DNA from: an uncultured Bacteroidales bacterium
GTDB taxonomy: Bacteria > Bacteroidota > Bacteroidia > Bacteroidales > JALTDM01
Assembly (NCBI GenBank): GCA_964421355.1
Contig: CAYQWX010000001.1
Location: 1-56,470 of the forward strand
Length of the DNA stretch: 56,470 nucleotides
Direction: 5' to 3'
The notes under the pieces are model-generated. The model searched no databases. It was not told where the DNA came from and saw only the letters and a program-made list of their open reading frames with translations. The translations under genes and the position numbers were made by a program. The stretch's first letter is position 1. Each line of letters opens with the position of its first letter. This document shows positions 9,722-20,407 of this stretch, piece after piece.

Positions 9722-12118
9722 TTAGAATAAGTTAAATCCGTTGTCTTCTTGATTATTGTCTTCGTTTCCTATATTTTTAGGACGAACTATTTTCCCTTTG
9801 CTTATGCGATAAGACAGACGGAAGAAAAATACATTTTTTATTGCACTTGCATCAGAAATATCAGTTTGTGTATAAAAATCTGTCTTAGTGTAACTTTTTC
9901 TTTCATAATTTATCCATAAATCTAAAGGTAATAGATAGAAAGCCATAATATTTAATTTTTTCTTAAGGAATGATTTCTGGATCATAAATCCCCAAAAATT
10001 ATTTCTTCTCATTGAGTACCCTTGTAAATTGATACGTTTAAACATTTGTCGCGTGTACATCAAACCAATCATCATGTTATGTTTTCTATCGGCATACATT
10101 AAATTGGACCTCCCTCCCCAGTCATTAAAGGAATTTGTATAATCTCCATAACTCATACTTGTATTAAATATTCTAAGGTTGTTTTGCCACATTATTGTTT
10201 TCCAAAGAGGAATTGTAAAACTTGTTTTTATGCCTTTTTCTTGAAACAGTCCTATGTTGTCATAAGTATATACAAGGGTGCCGTCGTTTCTCTTGGTTAA
10301 TATTTCTGCTATGTATCCATTAGAAAATTTGTAATAACCTTCTAAGTACATCATTCCGCCGAACAAGTTAAACTTTAAAGATAGCATGTTTATATATGTC
10401 GGTTTTAAGTGTTGGTTGCCAACTCTTATCCGTTCATTATCCAGTCGTACTTCATAAGGGTTTACTTGATTTACAGTTGGATATTTTGATCGGACACGGT
10501 ATTTTAATTTTATGTTAAACATTTTATTCGGTTTATATTGCATATCTATATATGGCTGCAATACTGAAAAAGTATATGTGGTATCTGCCACTTTGGGAGT
10601 ACTTAATTCATACGCTAATCCTGTTTTTAAGGTAATTTGAGAAGAAATGGCAAATGTTCCGTATGCAAAAGCCCGATTTCTAATATCCAGATAATCAGAA
10701 GAATTGGTTTTTTGTAAAATGTCGGAATAAGTAGAACTTTTTATATCCCTAAAAACATTACCATATCCTATTTGCATTCCTATTTTGTCTGATAAATTAT
10801 GTGTCCAATCTATGTTATATTCCAGTGAGTTTTCATTTCCCTCAACCTTTGTTGTCTGGGCAAATCCAGGCACATATTTAATAGATGTTTCCGAAGAAGA
10901 ATTATTTGTATTCAATCTTATATCCGAATGTATTTCGTCATTTGCTGAATATTTTCCTACATAAAACAGCTTTATTCCTCCTCCTTTACTTGATGTATAT
11001 ACATCGTTATAAAAATCTTGGGTGGATAATATACTATCATTATATATTGTATTTACTTTGTAGTAACCAAAAGTATTCATAGGTGGAGTCATATTGAAAG
11101 ATACTTCTCCGCTTAATGTGTTTTTAGGATTAAAGAGATAGTCAAGTCCCGTACTTAATCTTAATATTTGCATTCTATATACGCTATTATAATGGTCATT
11201 ACTTAACGGTTCTTGTAGTATTAAAGTTGAATCCATATCTTTTAAAGTTGTGGTAAACATACCTGCATTCATTTTAAAACCTCTTGCCTGTATGTAATAT
11301 GAATATTTGTCTTGGGTGTAATTATATGTTATCCTGCCTCCAAGCATAGGTGTAAGGTAGTCTTTGTCTTGTGCATCTAAGTCTATTGTTCCCATAGAAC
11401 CTATTGCAAGTTCTTGTCCAACATAATTCTTTTTCAATATTACATTAAGAATTGCGGTATATCCTTCTAACCCATATCTGCCTCCCGGATCTCTGATTAT
11501 TTCTATTTTTTCTATACGGTCAGGGTCCATATTTTTAATATATTCCTGATCTTTTTCAAGTCCGTTTACCATAAAAAGAACATCTTCACTATTGTCCACT
11601 TCTATGTGGTCATCATATCTATCGTAAGAAACTCCGTTTACTTTGTCTAACACGTCTGTTGTTGTTGCCGCTCCTGTCTTTAGCTTTTCAGTTACCACTA
11701 TTTCATCTTTATCTACCAAATTGTTTACGGAAGATTCTTTTACCGTTACTGTTTTTAAGGTATTTGTTGCAGGATTAAGTTTTAATACTCCTATAAAAAT
11801 ATCTTTATCTTTTACGCTGATCTTTAAAGTGTCTGTTTTATATCCCATAAACCTTAATACAAGGCGATATTGTCCCGGATGAAGAGGAATGGAAAAAAAG
11901 CCTTTTTTATCTGATAAAGAATAAGTTTCTATCGTATCCTTTTTGTTTAAAACTATTACAGGACAATATGGAATGGATTCTTTTGTTTTTGAATCTTTTA
12001 TCTGTCCACTGATTTTGTATTTTACATTTCTATTTTGTCTCCAAGGATTTTGAGCATTAAGTGTCTGCAAAGACAAAAAAACAATTATTCCTGCTATAAA
12101 AAAAATATGCTTTTTCAT
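9722..12118 (-). CDS. TonB-dependent receptor-like outer-membrane beta-barrel protein
   Basis: Signal peptide, carboxypeptidase-regulatory-like N-domain, plug motif IEKIEII.DP..RY, GN..LKP, aromatic-rich strands. Confidence 0.8.
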   Translation of the reverse strand: MKKHIFFIAGIIVFLSLQTLNAQNPWRQNRNVKYKISGQIKDSKTKESIPYCPVIVLNKKDTIETYSLSDKKGFFSIPLHPGQYRLVLRFMGYKTDTLKISVKDKDIFIGVLKLNPATNTLKTVTVKESSVNNLVDKDEIVVTEKLKTGAATTTDVLDKVNGVSYDRYDDHIEVDNSEDVLFMVNGLEKDQEYIKNMDPDRIEKIEIIRDPGGRYGLEGYTAILNVILKKNYVGQELAIGSMGTIDLDAQDKDYLTPMLGGRITYNYTQDKYSYYIQARGFKMNAGMFTTTLKDMDSTLILQEPLSNDHYNSVYRMQILRLSTGLDYLFNPKNTLSGEVSFNMTPPMNTFGYYKVNTIYNDSILSTQDFYNDVYTSSKGGGIKLFYVGKYSANDEIHSDIRLNTNNSSSETSIKYVPGFAQTTKVEGNENSLEYNIDWTHNLSDKIGMQIGYGNVFRDIKSSTYSDILQKTNSSDYLDIRNRAFAYGTFAISSQITLKTGLAYELSTPKVADTTYTFSVLQPYIDMQYKPNKMFNIKLKYRVRSKYPTVNQVNPYEVRLDNERIRVGNQHLKPTYINMLSLKFNLFGGMMYLEGYYKFSNGYIAEILTKRNDGTLVYTYDNIGLFQEKGIKTSFTIPLWKTIMWQNNLRIFNTSMSYGDYTNSFNDWGGRSNLMYADRKHNMMIGLMYTRQMFKRINLQGYSMRRNNFWGFMIQKSFLKKKLNIMAFYLLPLDLWINYERKSYTKTDFYTQTDISDASAIKNVFFFRLSYRISKGKIVRPKNIGNEDNNQEDNGFNLF

Positions 12119-12130
12119 TTTTATAATTTT

Positions 12131-12712
12131 TTACTTTCCAATTATTTCTAATTTTCCTTTGATTGCCGAATTGTCTATTTTAGAAGAATCTACTTTGCCA
12201 TAAATTTTGACAACAGCTACATCTCTTATTTTACCGGTAAGATTGACAATTTTTTTTACATTAAGTTTAATTTTGGCATTATCTTTTATATTTATTTCTA
12301 AATTATCTATAACTCCACCTTTTATTTTTGCATAACTATTACCTGAACTTTGGATATATTGCAGACTATCCCCAACCACACCTTCTATAGAAGCAATTTT
12401 TTCTAATGAAAGAGCAGTTAATGTATTCTTCTGCAAAGTTAAATTTGCTATGCCTCTGCCTCGTATTGATAAACAACCTGCACTATAAAACATTTCTATT
12501 TCAGGTGACACTTTTACCAAATTGCTATCTCCTTCACTGATTGTTGCTTTTACATTATCTTCTATACTCAAACAAGTTATATAACCTAATTTATGGGTAG
12601 TTATCCCAATATTTTTATTGTTATTAATTTTAAATTGTGATACCTCAAAAATATTAAATCCTATTATCAATATGATTATTGTTAATAATATAATATTTGA
12701 TTTTGTTTTCAT
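12131..12712 (-). CDS. Membrane-anchored DUF2807/GIN-like beta-helix protein
   Basis: N-terminal TM segment and repeated beta-rich units (e.g. LEINIKDNAKIKL); such genes are common in Bacteroidota YtrA-type operons. Confidence 0.5.
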   Translation of the reverse strand: MKTKSNIILLTIIILIIGFNIFEVSQFKINNNKNIGITTHKLGYITCLSIEDNVKATISEGDSNLVKVSPEIEMFYSAGCLSIRGRGIANLTLQKNTLTALSLEKIASIEGVVGDSLQYIQSSGNSYAKIKGGVIDNLEINIKDNAKIKLNVKKIVNLTGKIRDVAVVKIYGKVDSSKIDNSAIKGKLEIIGK

Positions 12713-13077
12713 ATTACTTGTTTTTTATGATTGTTATAAATCTTTTTCAGTTCTTCAAAAGAAATATTTAGCAAATCCAATTCTTTGAAAAACACAGGAA
12801 CTTCTTTTTCTATAAATTCTTGTTTTTTTATTGTTTTGCATTTTTCATAAGCATCTTGTGACACATAATATCCTATTCCTCGTTTGTTATAGATTATTCC
12901 AAGGTCTTGCAAATAGCTATAAGCACGCATTGCAGTGTTAGGAGTTACTTCTGCTTTTATGGCCAACTCTCTGACAGACATTATTTTTTCATTTGCATTC
13001 AACCTTCCTTTAAGGATTTGTTCAAAAAAGTAATCTGCCAATTGTAAATATATGGGTTTTCTATTGTGAAACTTCAT
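12709..13077 (-). CDS. GntR-family transcriptional regulator (YtrA subfamily)
   Basis: Motifs KPIYLQ, SVRELA...V.PNT..RAY and RGIG; short 122-aa protein. Confidence 0.93.
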   Translation of the reverse strand: MKFHNRKPIYLQLADYFFEQILKGRLNANEKIMSVRELAIKAEVTPNTAMRAYSYLQDLGIIYNKRGIGYYVSQDAYEKCKTIKKQEFIEKEVPVFFKELDLLNISFEELKKIYNNHKKQVI

Positions 13078-13081
13078 AATA

Positions 13082-13810
13082 TTATATTTGTTTTTCTTTT
13101 ATCTTAAAATAAGTTGCTACCCAAAATAACGGTATTAAAAAGTAGTATAAATACGAGTTAAACTCAATATTAAAATTACTGTGTATAAAACCGTGATGAG
13201 CAGTGTAATTATCAAAAAATATTTTTGTAATTACAAACAAATCCAATAGCGATAAAAAAGCGATAACTGAAAAAATTATTAAAACAGTCTTTATTATAGG
13301 ACTTTTTGAAAACCACACACTTCCTAAAAAGAAAACAGATTGCCAAAACCAAATTGTAATAAAATGTTTTGTTAAATCGGGATCATCAAAAATATTGAAA
13401 AAAGTGGTATCCAAACCTAATATATGACGCCATCCCCATATCAATATCCAATACAAATAAAATGCAATAACATAAAATAAAATATATCCTACAAAAACTA
13501 TCAACATTTGTGAAACCTGTTTTTCAAATACAGAAGCAGGAAGAGTTAGATACCTTATTGTAGATTCTTTTTTTCTAAAATCAGGGAAAGCCATTCCTGC
13601 AACAATAAAACTACCGATATATAACCCTATATAGAAGAATGTATTGAAATTTAACATTACATTGCTTATCCCCGATACCAATAAAGAAATAATGAATAAT
13701 ATGCCTACCGTAGCAACAAGATTAACTAAAACGCTTTTTTTTAGGCGATTAGATTCAGCTTTAAGCGTAATTAAAAATCTATTTGTATCAAACAAGTCAT
13801 TCTTTTTCAT
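13082..13810 (-). CDS. ABC transporter permease
   Basis: About 6 TM segments with YLTLPAS.FEK; adjacent to an ABC ATPase. Confidence 0.75.
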   Translation of the reverse strand: MKKNDLFDTNRFLITLKAESNRLKKSVLVNLVATVGILFIISLLVSGISNVMLNFNTFFYIGLYIGSFIVAGMAFPDFRKKESTIRYLTLPASVFEKQVSQMLIVFVGYILFYVIAFYLYWILIWGWRHILGLDTTFFNIFDDPDLTKHFITIWFWQSVFFLGSVWFSKSPIIKTVLIIFSVIAFLSLLDLFVITKIFFDNYTAHHGFIHSNFNIEFNSYLYYFLIPLFWVATYFKIKEKQI

Positions 13811-13812
13811 AA

Positions 13813-14628
13813 CTATTTGTTTTTATTTATTATTGCATTAAAATACAATTCTATATCTATTTGTGAAGGCTCATTTGTGCTGTTATCTGTTATTATTTTA
13901 TAACCATCTAGCATTTGTTCAGAATATAAAAAGCTTATATTATCCAAAGAGTCCACAAACTCAAATTTGTAAGTCTGTGAAATTTCATTTATAGATTGAT
14001 TACTTACTATTTTCCCTTTATCAATTATTATTATTTGGTCAAGCAATCTTTCTACATCTTTTACTTGGTGAGTAGATATTATAAAAACTTTATCGTTATC
14101 CGATGCTTCAATACACAGCTTTCTAAAAACTGCTTTTGATGGTATGTCAAGTCCATTGGTGGGCTCATCTAACAACAAAAGTTTTGTGTTGGATGCAAAC
14201 GCAAATGATAACAAAGCTTTTTTCTTTTGTCCGTATGATAACGTGTTCATGTTTTGTAAGACAAACGAGTCCAAATCAAATTTTGCAAGATATAACTTAA
14301 ATTTATCTTTATCAAAATCAGGATAAAACGAAGAAAATACTTCTTCATATCTTTTTATTGACATAGGAGGTAAATCAAATTCTTCAGGCAATAAAATCAA
14401 TTGAGATAAAAATAAAGGACTTCTTTTTGGAGGATTAAAACCAAGAACATTTACATTACCATTATGAGGGAATAACAAACCTGATATTATTTTTATCAAA
14501 CTTGTTTTACCTGCTCCGTTTTTGCCCAACAATCCATATATCCCTCCACTATTTATTTCCAAAGATAAATTCTCAAAAAGAGGAATATCCTTCTTGTAAG
14601 CAAAATACATTTGATTTATCTGTATCAT
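13813..14628 (-). CDS. ABC transporter ATP-binding protein
   Basis: Motifs GKNGAGKT, LSYGQKK, LLLLDEP and STH. Start at 14628 is preferred because promoter and operator lie at 14630-14661. Confidence 0.93.
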   Translation of the reverse strand: MIQINQMYFAYKKDIPLFENLSLEINSGGIYGLLGKNGAGKTSLIKIISGLLFPHNGNVNVLGFNPPKRSPLFLSQLILLPEEFDLPPMSIKRYEEVFSSFYPDFDKDKFKLYLAKFDLDSFVLQNMNTLSYGQKKKALLSFAFASNTKLLLLDEPTNGLDIPSKAVFRKLCIEASDNDKVFIISTHQVKDVERLLDQIIIIDKGKIVSNQSINEISQTYKFEFVDSLDNISFLYSEQMLDGYKIITDNSTNEPSQIDIELYFNAIINKNK

Positions 14629-14629
14629 A

Positions 14630-14651
14630 GTGTAGTAGTTTAGTAATACAC
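14630..14651. promoter_or_regulatory. Candidate YtrA/GntR operator
   Basis: Imperfect 22-bp palindrome GTGTAGTAGTTTAGTAATACAC (8 of 11 pairs) between the -7 element and the ATG. Confidence 0.7.
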
Positions 14652-14653
14652 CA

Positions 14654-14661
14654 CAAATGTA
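14654..14661 (-). promoter_or_regulatory. Bacteroidota -7 promoter element (TACATTTG)
   Basis: Consensus match upstream of the ABC operon. Confidence 0.65.
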
Positions 14662-14742
14662 ATACAAAAAAATTAACCAAATTAAAAAATAAATTATTTT
14701 TGTGAAAAATTTTTATACCATTAATTAGTAAAAAATAAAGTT

Positions 14743-14973
14743 ATGTCAAGAAAAAAGAATCTATCGTATGATGATGCAGTGAAAGAGTTGGAGCTGATAA
14801 TAGATGAAATAGAAGCAGGAGACCTGTCAGTGGAAAAAGTAAATGAAAAAATAAAAAGAGCCTCTTTCCTCTTAGAATATTGCAAAAAGAAATTGCGAAG
14901 TACTCAATCGGATTTAAATAATTTATTAAACGAAATGGATAACGAAAACGAAAATCAAAAAGAAAAAGAATAA
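14743..14973 (+). CDS. xseB: Exodeoxyribonuclease VII small subunit
   Basis: LSYDDAVKELE.I...IE.G, LLEYCKKKL; TATTTTTG element at 14695-14702. Confidence 0.9.
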   Translation: MSRKKNLSYDDAVKELELIIDEIEAGDLSVEKVNEKIKRASFLLEYCKKKLRSTQSDLNNLLNEMDNENENQKEKE

Positions 14974-15010
14974 TTATTGCAAGTAAAAACTCAATTATAT
15001 AAAAAATAAT

Positions 15011-15018
15011 TACTTTTG
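15011..15018 (+). promoter_or_regulatory. Bacteroidota -7 promoter element (TACTTTTG)
   Basis: Consensus match upstream of atpD. Confidence 0.6.
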
Positions 15019-15037
15019 TCACTGGAAAAATTTTTAA

Positions 15038-16582
<1,545 letters not shown>

Positions 16583-16588
16583 TAAATT

Positions 16589-16840
16589 ATGCAATTAGTT
16601 GTACTTACTCCTGAAAAAGAAATATTTAATGGTGAAGCAAGATTGGTTAGAGTGCCGGGGTCAAACGGTTCGTTTGAAATATTAAATGGGCACGCACCTA
16701 TCATATCTTCACTGGAAAATGGTGAGGTGAAAATAATTGATAATAAAGAAAAAAAAATACTGTTAAAGATATCAGGAGGTATAATAGAGTGCAAGGATAA
16801 CAAAGTTATTCTTTTGATAGAAAAGATTTTAGACGAATGA
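16589..16840 (+). CDS. atpC: F0F1 ATP synthase subunit epsilon (short Bacteroidota type)
   Basis: Motifs LTPEK and PGSNGSFEILNGHAP; lacks the C-terminal helices. Confidence 0.92.
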   Translation: MQLVVLTPEKEIFNGEARLVRVPGSNGSFEILNGHAPIISSLENGEVKIIDNKEKKILLKISGGIIECKDNKVILLIEKILDE

Positions 16841-17436
16841 TTATAGTCTTAAAACCTGACTACAAAATTTATATTGATTTTATAAAAAAAGAGGAGGAAA
16901 TCAAAACTCCTCTTTTTTTATTTACAGATGAACATTATTTAGTTAATATAAAAAATAAAAAGAGACTTAACGAAATAATTTCCACACATTATTTGCTATA
17001 CAAAATACTAAAATCAAAACCTCAGATATATTACAATAAAAAAGGTAAACCATACATAAAAGACAAACCTTTTCATATAAGCATTTCTCATTCCGGAAAA
17101 AGAATTACAATAGGAATATCGGAAAAACAAATAGGTGTAGATATACAAAAGACAGACAATAGATTAGTTAAAATATCCCATAAATTTGTGAATGCAAGAG
17201 ATAAAGAAACATTAGGTTTTAACATAAATTCACTCACATTGATATGGAGTGCAAAAGAAGCTGTTTATAAATTAGATAATAATCAAGTAAAATTTACCAA
17301 TCTACATATTAATAAAGTACTAATGCAAAATAAATATAGTGGACAACTGCTTATTAACAATATGTGGACGGTTGATTATTTTATATTTGAAAAATATTAT
17401 TTAACCATAGCAAAATCAAAAAACAATGAAAAATAA
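16837..17436 (+). CDS. 4'-phosphopantetheinyl transferase family protein
   Basis: Motifs GKP, ISISHS, IGVDIQ and WSAKEAVYK. Confidence 0.85.
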   Translation: MIIVLKPDYKIYIDFIKKEEEIKTPLFLFTDEHYLVNIKNKKRLNEIISTHYLLYKILKSKPQIYYNKKGKPYIKDKPFHISISHSGKRITIGISEKQIGVDIQKTDNRLVKISHKFVNARDKETLGFNINSLTLIWSAKEAVYKLDNNQVKFTNLHINKVLMQNKYSGQLLINNMWTVDYFIFEKYYLTIAKSKNNEK

Positions 17437-17719
17437 AGTAAATGTAGCATTTCAAGTGTTGCCAAGAAGCACAAAAAAGGGGACTTATGAATTGGTAGAT
17501 ATTGCCATTAAAGTTATTCAAGAGTCTGGTATTAAATACAGAGTATGCCCATTTGAAACAGTATTGGAGGGAAATTATGACGAAATAATGTCTTTAATTA
17601 AAAAGGTACAAGAAGTTTTATATGAAAACGGAACAGAAACTATGTTGGCAAATGTTAAAATTCAATCTGCTGCATATAGAGATGTTACAATAGAAGATAA
17701 AATGGAAAAATATGATTGA
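17426..17719 (+). CDS. Thiamine-binding protein (DUF77/MTH1187 family)
   Basis: VD.AI.VIQESGIKY.VCPFETVLEG and a C-terminal T..DKMEKY. Confidence 0.85.
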   Translation: MKNKVNVAFQVLPRSTKKGTYELVDIAIKVIQESGIKYRVCPFETVLEGNYDEIMSLIKKVQEVLYENGTETMLANVKIQSAAYRDVTIEDKMEKYD

Positions 17720-17863
17720 GATTCATTACGGTGTTGTAAATCAGAGTATTATGCGACATGCAAATATCTACATAGATAGATGTGAAAAAAAATTGTTATA
17801 AAACACTGCCTCAATTTAGTTATTGTTTTATATTTAGCCCTGCAAAAATTATATAATATAATT

Positions 17864-18379
17864 ATGAAGAATGCCACTTTTTCTGAGAAGTTAATGCACT
17901 TTATACTATTGTGGGGATTGCTTTTCCTTGTATGGTTAGCTTTTACCTCCACATTTCAAAATCAAGAAGTGCTTGTTGGTGCGGGAACAACAATGTTAAT
18001 TGCAATATTCACATTAAGATTTTTTGATTGTTGTACGTTAGCTTTTTTCTCCCCAACACGATTATTTAACCTAATTAAATACATATTTGTATTTTTAATA
18101 GAATTGGTTAAAGCTAATTTTGATGTAGCAAGAAGAGTAATTTCTCCAAGCTTACCAATAAATCCAGGGATTGTAAAAATAAAAACTCAATTAAAAACCG
18201 ATTATGCCAAAATGGTATTAGCAAATAGCATTACTCTTACTCCGGGAACTTTATCTGTGGATATAGTAGATGATTATCTTTATATTCATTGGATAGATGT
18301 AAAATCTACAGATCCTGAACAAGCTTTTAAATATATCGCAGAAACATTTGAAAAAATACTTATAAAAATTTTCAACTAA
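17864..18379 (+). CDS. mbxA: MBX/MBS-like complex subunit A (MrpE/MnhE antiporter subunit)
   Basis: KANFDVA, INPGIV, LANSITLTPGT and HWID. Confidence 0.9.
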   Translation: MKNATFSEKLMHFILLWGLLFLVWLAFTSTFQNQEVLVGAGTTMLIAIFTLRFFDCCTLAFFSPTRLFNLIKYIFVFLIELVKANFDVARRVISPSLPINPGIVKIKTQLKTDYAKMVLANSITLTPGTLSVDIVDDYLYIHWIDVKSTDPEQAFKYIAETFEKILIKIFN

Positions 18380-18648
18380 TGGAAGCATTTAAAGAAATAG
18401 TAATTTATGGAGCAGTAGGGTTTATTATCCTTGCGATAATAATAGCCTTCATAAGATTTGTTAAGGGACCTACAGCTGCAGATAGAACAGTTGCAGTAGA
18501 TACGCTTTCTACTATTGGTATTGCAGCTCTGGTGCTATTAGGTTATATTGCTCAACGTTTTATATATCTTGATGTTGCACTGGTTTACGGTGTATTAGGT
18601 TTTATTGGAGTGTTAGTAATTGCAAGATATTTGGAGGACGCATTATGA
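18379..18648 (+). CDS. mbxB: MBX/MBS-like subunit B (MrpF/MnhF)
   Basis: RFVKGPTAADR..AVD, YLDVALVY; 3 TM segments. Confidence 0.9.
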   Translation: MEAFKEIVIYGAVGFIILAIIIAFIRFVKGPTAADRTVAVDTLSTIGIAALVLLGYIAQRFIYLDVALVYGVLGFIGVLVIARYLEDAL

Positions 18649-19010
18649 TAAATCAAATATTAGAAATAGTAGGACTTATTTTTATAGTAATAGGTTCCAT
18701 ATTCCTGTTTTTAGGGGCATTGGGTATATTCCGTATGCCAGATGTGTTTAATAGATTACAAGCAGGAACCAAGGCAACAACATTAGGCGGAATGTCTTTT
18801 GTGATTGGTATAGGACTAATACAGCCCGATTGGTTTTGGAAGACTTTTATTATTGTTATTTTCATATTACTGTCCAATCCTATAAGTTCTCATGCTTTGG
18901 CAAGAAGTTCTTATAAATCTAAAATAAAACCATTCTTTAAAGGTAATCCTGAAGAAATGGACGCTTACAAAGATGTTGTAGAAAATCAATCATCAGATTC
19001 TGAATATTAA
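18645..19010 (+). CDS. mbxC: MBX/MBS-like subunit C (MrpG/MnhG)
   Basis: RMPDVFNRLQAGTKATTLG and NPISSHALAR. Confidence 0.92.
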   Translation: MINQILEIVGLIFIVIGSIFLFLGALGIFRMPDVFNRLQAGTKATTLGGMSFVIGIGLIQPDWFWKTFIIVIFILLSNPISSHALARSSYKSKIKPFFKGNPEEMDAYKDVVENQSSDSEY

Positions 19011-19030
19011 AATCTAAAGGAGGATAAGTT

Positions 19031-19315
19031 ATGATTCTTTTAATAGCAATAATAATAATGGCAATAATCTTACTGGCAGCAGCAATATATGCTATTATTC
19101 AAAAAGATTTACTTTATGCCGTAATTGCCACATCAGTAATAAGTTTGATTTTATCCATTATGTACTATGTTCTTCAAGCACCTGATGTTGCTCTTACCGA
19201 AGCAGCTATTGGTGTTGCTCTTACTACAATAGTATTTATTATTACTATTCGTAATACAGAAAGGTATGAAGGGAAAAAATATATTAAAGTAGGTAAAAAA
19301 ATTATTAAAAAATGA
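19031..19315 (+). CDS. mbxD: MBX/MBS-like subunit D (DUF4040, MrpA C-terminal-like)
   Basis: LQAPDVALTEAAIG. Confidence 0.88.
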   Translation: MILLIAIIIMAIILLAAAIYAIIQKDLLYAVIATSVISLILSIMYYVLQAPDVALTEAAIGVALTTIVFIITIRNTERYEGKKYIKVGKKIIKK

Positions 19316-20022
19316 AGAAAGTAATAATATTAACATTATTAGCAATAGTTGGATACTATTTAATAGATGTTTTTGCTCAAATTCCTTTCGGAGTTAATCG
19401 TTATGAGGGGCAAAATGTCCGCGATTTTTATTTGGAAAAATCAAAAGACGACTTACATGTATCTAATGCAGTAACTTCCATAGTGGTAAACTTCAGGGGT
19501 TTTGATACATTAGGAGAAGTTACCGTATTATTCCTCGCTGTTACTGCTCTTGGTTCTATTTTGTATAGAAGGCGAGAAGATGCACATAAAGGTGTTGTAT
19601 TTTTTAGTGCAAGTAAGATAGTACGTTCGGGGGCACATTTATTATTTGCTCCTATATTACTTTTAGGTGCGTATGTTTTTATTCATGGGCATTTGTCTCC
19701 GGGTGGAGGATTTCAAGGAGGGACAATTATAGCAACAGGTTTTCTTTTAATGCTATTGGCTTATCATGATTATAGAGTGAGTCACGAGATATTATCAGTA
19801 GTAGAATCACTTGCCGGTCTTACTTTTGTATTTGCCGGGCTGGGGGGATTATTGTTAGGAAAAGCTTTTTTGGAAAACTTTTTGCCGATAGGTACTATAA
19901 ACTTTTTATTTAGCGGAGGTATTATTCCTATAATTTATATAGCAGTAGGATTTAAAGTAGGAGCAGAATTAACAGGATTGCTATATACTATGTTAAACGA
20001 AAAAGAATATAAAAAATCATAA
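19312..20022 (+). CDS. mbxF: MBX/MBS-like subunit E/F (MrpB/MnhB)
   Basis: NAVTSIVVNFRGFDTLGE and HGHLSPGGGFQGG in one polypeptide. Confidence 0.88.
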   Translation: MKKVIILTLLAIVGYYLIDVFAQIPFGVNRYEGQNVRDFYLEKSKDDLHVSNAVTSIVVNFRGFDTLGEVTVLFLAVTALGSILYRRREDAHKGVVFFSASKIVRSGAHLLFAPILLLGAYVFIHGHLSPGGGFQGGTIIATGFLLMLLAYHDYRVSHEILSVVESLAGLTFVFAGLGGLLLGKAFLENFLPIGTINFLFSGGIIPIIYIAVGFKVGAELTGLLYTMLNEKEYKKS

Positions 20023-20026
20023 TTTT

Positions 20027-20407
20027 ATGGATTTAACACAATATAATGATATTTTGACAATCATTTTTTACGGTACATCAATAGGGTTAATATTGATTGG
20101 ACTATATGCCGCATTAGTAAAGAGATCTTTGATTAAGATAATGATAGGATTGTCTATTGTTGACTCCGGAGTAAATTTATTGCTATTATCCATTGGTTAT
20201 TTAGCAGGAGGAACAGCACCTATATTTTCACCAGCAGTAATAGACAAACAAAATGTAATAATGGTAGATCCTGTGCCACAAGCTTTAGTGCTTACAGCTA
20301 TTGTAATAGGCTTTGCAGTAACAGGAGTAGGCTTGGCTTTAATTATAAGATTATATAGACATCACAAAACAGTTAATATTGACGAAATAAAGAATTTAAA
20401 ATGGTAG
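20027..20407 (+). CDS. mbxG: MBX/MBS-like subunit G (MrpC/MnhC, NuoK-like)
   Basis: DPVPQALVLTAIVIG. Confidence 0.92.
   Translation: MDLTQYNDILTIIFYGTSIGLILIGLYAALVKRSLIKIMIGLSIVDSGVNLLLLSIGYLAGGTAPIFSPAVIDKQNVIMVDPVPQALVLTAIVIGFAVTGVGLALIIRLYRHHKTVNIDEIKNLKW

Noticed and set aside
14700-14717. Rex-like half site TTGTGAA
   Set aside because: The second half site is absent, and it overlaps the xseB -7 element.
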